Shown piece by piece: positions 41,501-53,500 of a stretch of DNA of 64,000 bases. Where the stretch lies: assembly GCF_003918875.1 (NCBI RefSeq), contig NW_025764970.1, positions 62,001 to 126,000 on the forward strand, written 5' to 3'. Position 1 is the stretch's first letter, and each line of letters begins with the position of its first letter. The position numbers were made by a program, and so were the translations under genes. Origin of the DNA: Haliotis rubra (taxonomy: Eukaryota). Under the pieces are notes generated by a model. That model had not been told where the DNA came from, did not search any database, and saw only the letters and a program-made list of their open reading frames with translations.

Positions 41501-44500
41501 TCACCAGTACTTGGCTGAGATTAGTGACAGACAGTCCTAAGACAGTCCTACATCACCAGTACTTGGCTGAGATTAGTGACAGACAATCCTACATCACCAG
41601 TACTTGGCTGAGATAAGTGACAGACAGTCCTAAGACAGTCCTACATCACCAGTACTTGGCTGAGATTAGTGACAGACAGTCCTTCATCACCAGTACTTGG
41701 CTGAGATTAGTGACAGACAGTCCTACATCACCAGTACTTGGCTGAGATTAGTGACAGACAGTCCTACATCACCAGTACTTGGCTGAGATTAGTGACAGAC
41801 AGTCCTACATCACCAGTACTTGGCTGAGATTAGTGACAGACAGTCCTACATCACCAGTACTTGGCTGAGATTAGTGACAGACAGTCCTACATCACCAGTA
41901 CTTGGCTGAGATTGAGTGACAGAGAGTGACAGACAGTCCTACATCACCAGTACTTGGCTGATTAGTGACAGACATTACTTGGCTGAGATTGGTGACAGAC
42001 AGTCCTACATCACCAGTGAGATTAGACAGACAGTCCTACATCAGTACTTGGCAGTACTTCACCAGTACTTTGGCTGAGATTAGTGACAGACAGTCCTACA
42101 TCACCAGTACTTGGCTGAGATTAGTGACAGACAGTCCTACATCACCAGTACTTGGCTGAGATTAGTGACAGACAGTCCTACATCACCAGTACTTGGCTGA
42201 GATTAGTCAGTCCTACATCACCAGTACTTGGCTGAGATTAGTGACAGACAGTCCTACATCACATCTGAGATTAGTGACAGACAGTCCTACATCACCAGTA
42301 CTTGGCTGAGATTAGTGACAGACAGTCCTACATCACCAGTACTTGGCTGAGATTAGTGACAGACAGTCCTACATCACCAGTACTTGGCTGAGATTAGTGA
42401 CAGACAGTCCTACATCACCAGTACTTGGCTGAGATTAGTGACAGACAGTCCTACATCACCATTTGGCTGAGATTAGTACAGTGGCATCACCAGTACTTGG
42501 CTGAGATTAGTGACAGACAGTCCTACATCACCAGTACTTGGCTGAGATTAGTGACAGACAGTCCTACATCACCAGTACTTGGCTGAGATTAGTGACAGAC
42601 AGTCCTACATCACCAGTACTTGGCTGAGATTAGTGACAGACAGTCCTACATCACCAGTACTTGGCTGAGATTAGTGACAGACAGTGGCTGAGATTAGTGC
42701 CTACATCACCAGTACTTGGCTGAGATTAGTGACAGACAGTCCTACATCACCAGTACTTGGCTGAGATTAGTGACAGACAGTCTTACATCACCAGTACTTG
42801 GCTGAGATTAGTGACAGATAATCCTACATCACCATTATGCAACGCCACACTCTCAGTAATCATATACATCAACTATGACCTCACACACACTGGCACAGCG
42901 CACCTTAGAGCAACATACATGGAACATTCTCCTAGTATGGAGACAGACCATCTCTCACCTGTGGATGGTGCACCTCCTTCCAACCCGCTCACAGTCAGTG
43001 ACGCTGACGTCTTCGTATGGAATACTGAAATCTTCAATCGACATCTTCCCATCAAGAACACTCCTGAAATATAGGAACACACATTTTTGCCAAAATATTA
43101 GCGTAGTAATGGCCTTTTTAGTTCTAGGTCAAGCAGTTAAGCACACACACACACGCACGCGCGCACACGCACACACCGAGATCACCACTTCATGCTTTAT
43201 TCCCTTAATACTGAGCGCCAGGCAGGATAACAACGCGTGTCATATATAATGACTTTGGTATGACGCCGCCGAGGTTCGAAACACTGACCTTTCGCTCTCC
43301 GGGCAGACGCTCTACCAGCAAGACCACGGAAGTAGTCCTCTCAAGTGACTTCACGAGACGCATACATTAACGAACTTATATCAAAGACCCTACCTCTCTC
43401 TGTCGTGTACGAAAGAAACTGCCAGGTCTTCATTGTCAGCATCTGAATATAAAAGAATCACCACAATTTATACTGGTCAGAAGTAGACGTAACATGATGT
43501 CTAAATCGTTATGCAGTCATTTCCTCTGCTGTACATTATAAGTGAATGATTTGATGTTTTTCAAATATCGTGGTGGTCATCTTCACTGCGTTCATCATTA
43601 CATAACGAAGCGTCATCCTGTAAGACATGGTCTGGTTATAACATACCAATAATCGGCAACAGAGACTCGCCCACGATTCAACCCGAAAGGAGAATGACTG
43701 ATGCCAATTGGAAACAATACACAGATAGTTGTTGAAAACAAATCAGGGATGCCAGAATGATTCTATTGGAAAATCACTCGGTAACTTACAAACAACAGAC
43801 GCTAATGAAGACATCTGTTAACTTTAACCATCCCAGTTCCGCATTCTTACCCTCAGCGTTGACCTTTCTTCCCTGGACTGGCCACGTGGCACATCGACGT
43901 CTGAACCTCGGGGAGACATCACTGGGTTCCGGGCCTTGTTTTGGTGGGCAGCTGATGGTGCCTGTGAGGGGCTGTCGACACCCGGGGCCAGACGAGTTCA
44001 GCTGCTTTTCCCTATGTTTATACCGCGAGGCTCGGAGCAACTGGCGACCAGATATATCCGGAGGCTTCAGCAAATGAGGAACGTCTTCAGGGGGATCGTC
44101 TGGGTTATCCGTATCATGATCTGACTTTGCTTCAGAGTATGTGATTTGAACCACAGTCTTTCCTTTGCTATATATTGTATTTGTCTTTTGGTTGTCCTGG
44201 ACGGAACTGAGTTCATTGTTAGGCACAAGTTGCTCATGGAAGCTAGATCTGTACGACCTCAGGGTCACGTCTTCCTCAAACACCTGCTCCTTGTTCCACA
44301 CGTACCTGTCATCCGCTTGCATACAATCTGTTGGAGAGATCTCGTATTTCCGCTTGGACTGAATCCATTGACGGAACCTATTTGTAAGATTGTGAAATAA
44401 ACCGTCACCCGTCCTTCCAAGGCTTTTTGAACGTCTCTTGCGGTCCCTGGGAGGACTGTTGGGACGGGCACTGTTATGTTGGGGAGAAGGACTCGGGTGC

Positions 44501-47500
44501 CTGGGAATGGGACCCCCAGGGCGTGGAGACGGTGAGCGGGAGCACCCCCGACATCGGAGGTGTCTGGAGTTGGATGAATTGGCATTTACCTGCAGAACTT
44601 TAGTCCAGTGTTCTTCCCCAGCTGCAACCAAACATACGGAGTATTTCACAGGCATACCAGATCCTTAGAAACAGGGTACTGCTCACACGTAAAGCTTATG
44701 CCACGAAACTTAATATACCGAAAGATGCAATGTCCATAATGTCATGTAAGTAAGTGAATCTAAATTCGTTTTAGTTTATTATACGTCTTGTCAACCTAAT
44801 GTGGGAGGAAAGTAGACTTTTGAAGTCTGAGAAGCACAGGTGTGGTTCTGACAAATCATTTGTCTTTGTAATGAATGCCTATTCAAACCTACGACCAATG
44901 GCATTGCGTAATCTAAGATTGCACTTCCTAAAAATATCCTACATTTGTATTTGGTTTTTGTCATGCGAATGATGAAAATGGATCAGATTTTCAGTGAGAC
45001 TGAGTAATCAAATTACAGACTACCGTATATACACTATATATACATTTGATAGATATCTCTTTCTAGTTAATGTCAAAAGCAAGCTCGAAGTTGTAATCTA
45101 TTGCGTGTGTTCGCTACCGTATCAAGTTACCTGGAATTATTCAACAGTTGTGAATTCAAGACAACATCCAAAATACGTTTACGCAGAAAGAAATCACAAA
45201 GCGATTCTTGTACCACTTTGAGTGAGTGAGGGGTTGGGATCACCACCGCCTTGAACAATATTTCAGCTACATCGTGGTGTCAGCTTAGCGGCAGCAGTGA
45301 ATGAGTGAATTTAGTTTCACGCCGATTTTAGCAATATTCCAGCAATGTCACGGCGGGGTACACTAGAAATGGGCTTCATACATTGTACCCATGCGGGAAT
45401 CAAACCCGGGTCTTCGGTTTGAAGAGCGAACGCCTTAACCACTAGGCTACCCCACCGCCCTAACGGCAGCAGAAGTAATGTGGGTCTAAGACGTGTATTA
45501 CTTCGGTGAAACCAACGAGCATACTAGGAATGATGCTGAGAAACCTAGTGGGGATTCGACTCCACGACCACAGGTTTCTGGCATGTCCAAGGGCCGCAAC
45601 TCAGCATAGCGGATTCTGGCGCCTTAGACAAGGCCCATAAAGAAGGCCAATATCGGATTCGAGTTCACGAACCAGCAGATCCAAACAGCAAAGTATAGAC
45701 GTAGCGCTTCTTGGCAACTCTATTCCACCTTACCTTGTTTCTACCGAGTTAGTCTTTAATTGACTACGGGTTGGGAATATGGAAGAGCGTGGGCAAGGGA
45801 ATCGACGACACCTAATACTGAGACGATACCCGTCGTATTTGAAGATCCATGAATCCTTGCAAGCCAAGGCTGTTACTTATTTATATCCCCCAAAGTACAT
45901 GCCATCTTCAAATGCTGTTGACAAATGTATTTCACACCCACTGCCAGCCCAATGTCAGGTCAGTGTAACATTATTCATACCGAGAACATATCACTGACAA
46001 ATGGAATTGCTGTCTTATGTTTTCAATTATCAAACCTCAACTCCTGTATATAGTAGCTAAAATAAAGTGTGACATTTGAGTGAGAGAGTATGGTTTTATG
46101 CCGCTTTTAGCAATATTCCAGCAATATCAAGGCGGGAGACATCAGAAATGGGCTTCACACATTGCACCCATGTGGGTAATTGAACCCAGGTCTTCCGCGT
46201 GACGAGCAGACGCTTTAACCACTAGGCTACGCCCCACCGCCCCAAACTTAAATGAAGGAAATATATCTGAATCGACATATTAACACGATTATCTACTTTG
46301 TAGCGCGTAGTTTGGTCATGTGGAATGGCCCTTCCAATTCACAATCACCTATCGATAAATTGAGCGTCAACATTTAAGTTGTTAACGCGTCACACAGTGT
46401 TACGGGTGGATAGTATGGCCAGTTACTATATTGGGCTTGCTGACTTGGTTGACACGTCATCGTATCCCAATTGCGTAGATCGATGCTCATGCTGTTGATA
46501 ACTGGATTGTCTGGTCCAGACTCGATTATTTACAGACCGCCGCCATATAGCTGGGATACTGCTGAGTGCGACGTTAACCAACAAGCAGCCCACTAATATC
46601 CTGGTCGCACTGTACATATACGTGACAAATCATTTCCATATTTATAAGAAATCTCTGCTTCAAGCAAACTCCCCTGACCGACTATGTTATCAGCAACTGC
46701 AAGATTACAGTTAACTCAGGTGGGTCTTTCGAATCTGGACCCGATAATCCAATGATAAATATCACACACAACGTCCAGGTACGATAAGTATGGAGAGCAT
46801 ACTTTCTGGCTGATGGGGACCTGCGTCTCCTCCAAACCGAAATCCCCACATGGTACATTAAACGTATTTGTTGAATGCTTCAGAATGAGAAAGGTTATGT
46901 TCATGCAGAATCTTACGGCCAACTGGAACATATCCCCATGACCAATCGTGTGACAGTGTGGATGGCGGTTTCAGATATATCCCAGCATTAGGCTACATCT
47001 ATTGAACCTGTAGAACCAGGACCTTGACTCACCGCTAGGATTCACCGCCGCATTTTGTATCCAGAAATATTATCTTAATGAACGCGAATCATCAACGACG
47101 ATGACATAAATTCATTGAATATTCAGCGACAAGACACTCCTTGCCTTCACCACAGATTAACTTCTTGACAAAAGTGTTCACCCATCATGTCAGTAATTGC
47201 CAAAGAATCCAATCTATTTTTTCAGAGAGTTTAGAGTCACTCACCTAATTGACACTACTAGGTTCACACCTATGAGGAGGAGTTCGCGTGTTGAGGAGAA
47301 AACAGGGATGAGGACATAATGAAAACCTAACATTGTTTGTGACAGGCTCTTGGCGGTTGTTGTCCACCTGTACATGGTGAAACTGGGGCTAGAATCAGTA
47401 CCATCCCCTCTGTGACGTACAGTGGTGGGAAATGGCATGGAATGTTCGTTAAGAGCAACGATATGGAATTTCTTTAAACACAGCAGTGAAATGAACATAA

Positions 47501-50500
47501 TCCCGTTTGATTTGAAAACATCTCTTGAAGTCCGTTGTGATGGCTTTGTGGCTTTGATTAATCTGTAAACGAGTCAGCGCTGGATTACAGGCCTGGAGTG
47601 GAGTGTCTATCCTGTATCCCTGTGGTAGGGTCTAAAGGCTCTCTGATAGCAAACTGGAACACTTCATCACAAGGAACTGATCCGATCCCAGTAGACGCCA
47701 AAGGCGATTGTCAGTTCAATGATAAATGGTTTTTTGGATCAGAAATTGTAATAATGGGCAACTTGAAAATAGGTTCACAGAATTTATAAATCAAACATTA
47801 TTCAAACATTCAACATGTGTTTGAGAGGAAACATGCAACATATGTTACAGTGGGAACTTCAATTCGGTTCTATTCCAAATTAGATTGCGTGAATTCTCCC
47901 TGTTCTTCTGTTGAACAATATGGAATTCACAAGTTATGTCTTCGGAGGTTATGTGGAATCACCTGCAACAGTTAGCGTAAGGCATGGAAAGATAAGCAGC
48001 GGTTAGCTCGACCCAGGGCAAAATATGCAGCAGTTAGAGCACCGATGGGAAAATAAGCAGCGGTTACCCCTGACCTACTGACGGGCAAACGTGTATTTGT
48101 GTAAGTTACCCAAGAAACATTGCAGCTGTAATGTGTAATCTGATGAACGAAACGTGAATGCAGCTGTTCATCTGATGAAGGAAACATGTCAACGTAAACC
48201 CAAGAAACATATGCAGCTGTTCATCTGATGAAGCGAAACATGTCAACTGTAAACGTTACCCAAGGAAACATATGCAGCTGTTCATCTGATGAAGCGAAAC
48301 ATGTCAACTGTAAACGTTACGAAGGAAACATATGCAGCTGTTCATCTGATGAAGCGAAACATGTCAACTGTAAACGTTACCCAAGGAAACATATGCAGCT
48401 GTTCATCTGATGAAGCGAAACATGTCAACTGTAAATGTTACCCAAGGAAACATATGCAGCTGTTCATCTGATGAAGCGAAACATGTCAACTGTAAATGTT
48501 ACCCAAGGAAACATATGCAGCTGTTCATCTGATGAAGCGAAACATGTCAACTGTAAATGTTACCCAAAAACATATGCAGCTGTTCATCTGATGAAGCAGA
48601 AACATGTCAACTGTAAATGTTACCCAAAGAAAACACATGCAGCTGTTCATCTGATGAAGCGAAACATGTCAACTGTTAAATGTTACCCAAGGGAAACATA
48701 TGCAGCTGTTCATCTGATGAAACACTGTTAATGTTACCCAAGGAAACATATGCAGCTGTTCATCTGATGAAGCGAAACATGTCAACTGTAAATGTTACCC
48801 AAGGAAACATATGCAGCTGTTCATCTGATGAAGCGAAACATGTCAACTGTAAATGTTACCCAAGGAAACATATGCAGCTGTTCATCTGATGAAGCTCATC
48901 TGACGAAACATGTCAACCGTAACCGTTACCCAAGGAAACATATACTAAATTTATGTCAAGGAAATATATCTTATCTGAGCTACTACAGTAAAGGACAGGG
49001 TTGAAGGCGGTCGATATACTTTACCTGCCCGTAGACAAATTGGTCATGATTCATCATAGAGCGCTTATGGTATGTTTGCTCTGGGTGACATTTACACTGC
49101 TGCTAATTGCCCGTGTTTGTCACGGAATCATCACTGCAACATCCAATTAGCACAGTGCACACTCACAAACAGCACGGGTACAAATAACCATGGAGGCAGA
49201 ACACATAGCTATAAAAGGATCTGCGTCATGAGCATTCTCAAAGGCATATATTTAATCTCGGTTGTTATTTTACGCTCAAGACAAACATATCTATACTTTT
49301 CTAAGTCGGAGTCTAATTAACAGAAGATTTCCCCTTGGAAAATATTTTTATTTGAATATTTATGAGATGGTGTAAGTTTTGTTTGGGGTTGTTTGTGAAA
49401 TCAACAAAGGTTTGGCTTACTTATCAGTCTTCTTCTGTAGGTATTTTCGTCGTATTTTTTCAACTTCCCAGACCTGAAAACAGGAAAACACATGGGAATG
49501 TTCAACATAACAAGGTGAGTGTGTCAAAGGAGATTTATTAATATGTCTCACATTCGTATCCTTTCTTACCCCTCTTTGGCAAAGGCATTCAACGAGCTCT
49601 ACCTCACTCAGCTATCTTTTGTTGATATCAATACTGACTTAACCTACATTACATCGATCTAACTTAGACTTACAATGACACTACATCGTTCCAGAAATAA
49701 GTCCTTATAGCTTGACAACAGGGATGTCTGCGTGCTGTGATGATAGAACGCTATTCCTGGGGATAGTACGCTATTCCTGGGGATGGCCTAGAAGTCTACT
49801 ATTCCTGCATCTATAACTGTCATCGGAATATTGGCCTGACGTACGCGCGCCACAAATAGTTCCAGATCAACCCCAGCTCACATCGCCGGCTATGATATCG
49901 AAGTGGGGCTAAAACCCTGTCTGTTGTTGTTAGCTGAGGGTCACAAAGTCTTACTCGTAAATATAGTAACCTCCTCTACCGCTGAAGATGTCGCCGACTC
50001 TCTCCTTTTTCGTCCCATGATCAGTATTCCTTAATTAACACAAAATGGGATTTGCCTTAAGCTATGCTTGGCTGGGCCAATTCAAAAAGGATTTCTATTT
50101 CAAATTCATTTGGATAACCAGATAAATACCAATTTTGTATGTTTAAGCCTCGGTTTTTAATGTATATTTGTGTTTGGGGTGATACCCATTCTCCGGAGAC
50201 AAGAGCGTCTACTAACCTACATCAAAGCCTTCCTTTGCCATTTCCAGGCACCACAGCAGAACACCTGGCCCATTCGATAACGTAAAGCTTCGAGATTTCA
50301 TCCTCGACAGATAAATGACATATAAATCATTATTTCTACCGCATTCGCTCTTAGGGTAACGGAAGTAACACTGCAGATTGCAATAACATTAAACTCTCAG
50401 CAGTTTTCATCTAACAATAGTACTCATGTGAGCCACTACGACAAGCATTCAGTCGTTCGAGGAAAGGTTTGAACCACTTCGAAAGTATATGCCTTTGTTA

Positions 50501-53500
50501 ATTTTTTTTACAAAAAGCCCATTCAACACAAAATCGACAAGCAATGGCTGTAGACACAGCACCCGCCAAGTTTTCAAACCTGGATACCTGGGTCATTAGT
50601 ATGTGTGGTAGCTCACTCAAACACCTAATTGAAAACTTAAGGAGAGGTGAGGTGAGGTGAAAGGGGTCCTACTAAGAATATTTCACTCATATGACGACGT
50701 GCATGCGTGTGTATGTGTGGCTGCTTGTACTAGCCCAGGCGTAAGCTGTTATTAGTGCTAGCTCACTGAGATGCCATGCCGCAGTTAAGCATCAATACCC
50801 CACTCAGGAACATTATACTGTCTCTGACCCGACCAGTCCTTGTTGTACACATTAATGCCGAGCGCCAGGCTGGGACCAGATTTCTGGTATCACACGGCCG
50901 AGGATCGAACCCGCGACCTTCCGCACTCCAGGCGAACGATCTAACCACTACACCACGGAGGCGGCCTTGAACACTTAAGCAGCATTTAAATGCAGGACAT
51001 GGATTGACACATAGTCGCGGACAGTACGTTATATTACTGTCATTTATAAAGTGAGTGAGTGAGTTTAGTTTTACGCCGCACTCTTACGACAAGCATATGC
51101 ATGGGTTGCTGAAGATCAATTCAAACCCGGATCTTCACTGGTCTCATATATAAAGTAAAATCATGACTGTTAAGCTTAACAAAGACATCGTAAAATGCAC
51201 CCTTTGTCTTTAAAACAGAAACCTGCAATATATATATATATATAATACTACACTGCATGTGCACAAGATCTGTTACTTTTGACGAAATTGTTTTCCACAA
51301 AAAAGGTACATGAACTTCGGCCAGATTGTGAAACCATCGGTTGCGTATGGATCGTGGTCAAATTTTAAGGTGAAAATGCGATGGCCCTTATCAGCTTCCA
51401 TACTTATGAGCCACCATAGTCGTGGAGCTGCCTTACAAAGGGCCATTCTAAGGATGAAAGCTGGGATTCGACTGACTGACTGAGTTTGGTTTTACGCCGC
51501 TTTTAGCAATATTCCAGCAACATCACGTCGGGGGACACCAGAAATGGGCTTCACACATTGTACCCATGTGGGGATTCGAACCCGGGTCTTCGGCGTGACG
51601 AGCCAACGCTTTAACCACTAGGCTACCCCACCGCCCCGCTAGGATTCGAAGCCAGGATCACCGTCCTCTGATATGCATGAGAGAGTTACGACGCCTAAGG
51701 CCTCTTTGTCACGCAATTGTGTGTGCATGCGAGCATATTCATTTACGAATTCAAAGATACAACACGCGTGAAATGAGAAGGGAGCGTACACCCTGATAGA
51801 TAATTTATTTATATACTTTTACGAAATATTTAACTTGAAAGTAGATAAGAAATATAGAGGAAGAAAACAATCTATTTATGTAAGTACATTTTAAAATGAA
51901 TGAGTGAGTGAGTGAGTTTGGTTTACGCCGCTTTTAGAAATATTCCAGCAATATCACGGCGGGGGACACCAGAAATGGGCTGCACACATTGTGGGGAATC
52001 GATCCAGGGTCTTCAGGTGACGAGCAAACGCTTTGATCACTAGGCTACCCCACCGCCCCCATTTTGAAATGAGCATAATCTAAACCTTATTGACGGTAAG
52101 TGTTCATGATTTCTTTCATTTCTTCTGAACTTCTGAAAGTATACATTCAATATCAGGTTATGCATATATTTGTGGGGTCAGAGCAACAGTGTCAAGCATC
52201 CAGTCGTTCGTGACACTCAAATATGTAAAAGTACTTGGAATAGTACGTTTGAACACAAAATCAACACATTACAAACATATAGACAATTCAGTGACCATAT
52301 GTGTGCATTTAACACATTACTGGCCAAAGATATAACCAAAACATCAGTTGGTATTTGAAGTCTACAATTTGAAGCAGTATCAGCTGAAGGAAAACGTGCT
52401 TTCTGAGAGGTATTTATTAGATAACGTTCGGTATAGGCCACACATCCCACACTGTAATGAATAGTTAGTAAATATCAGAACGATTGGGATGGTAGGATCG
52501 AGTGGGGGTTTATTCAGATCAGTCAGTACATACTGACTATCCGATGCCTGACATACCTTATATTGCTGCAACTCAAATCAATATAGTCAAATCACTTTGA
52601 TTTCAAATAGGGGAAATATCAGTGTCGACAGTTGCAATTGTACCTGTGATATCGCGTGACCAATGTAAGGAGAGATTCGTTGTGTTTTTGTGTGGGAGAC
52701 AAAATCAATTTGAACAATTTGGTAACATGATTAAAGCATTTGGAAAAATTAATTTTACATCGTCTAACATTTTGCACTAAAGTCGATGAGAATGAAACAG
52801 TAAACTTGAAAAGTTGACGGAATACGATAATCACGACTGATTGTCTCTGATAACATTAACCATTTCTAAGGGACCGGGAATCTATTACAGGAGAGGGGGC
52901 AGTGACATTTTGGAGAAACTCAGCGTTTACATAGGTCTCGAGAATTTATCACAACAATGTGGGTGAGGACATGTAAAAACTGCTAGTTTCGTTTTTCAGA
53001 AATACACAGGTTAATTTTAGATCTGAATATTTGTAGGAATCATCATTGTGAAGGAAGTGTCATGAAAGGATGTTATATTTATTGTGGGGTTAATAGAATA
53101 TGATAGAGTTTGATAAATTACCAGCCTCCTAAATGACTGAGTAGACACGTCGGTTGGCCAACAGACCAGGATTTCTAGGTTGTCCTACATTTCCCGTGTA
53201 ACGATGTGTACTCAACGTGGACCGAGACTCAATCAAATGACACCTTGACTACATACGAGGCCCTAGGCACTTCTTGAGCGTTAAGGCGCTTATGCGTCGG
53301 TATTAAAGGCGTAAATTCAAGTATGTCTCGCTCCTTGGATCTCGTCAACTGGAAGGTTCCCCATTGATGGCCCAGTGGCTGACCAGAGACGGGAAACTGA
53401 TTAAGCACAACGCAAAGCGGAACCCGATGGTCCAGTTTCAGCATATGTAGAGGGAGAGAGAATATATTCGTACATATTGCCAAAGGTCAACAGTCATTCA

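Noticed and set aside
43786-43850. Extension of the large exon to the later TT/GTAAGT donor or to the ORF stop
   Set aside because: The donor at 43851 gives the phase needed for the 49-nt exon; the later donor remains a possible minor alternative but is unsupported.
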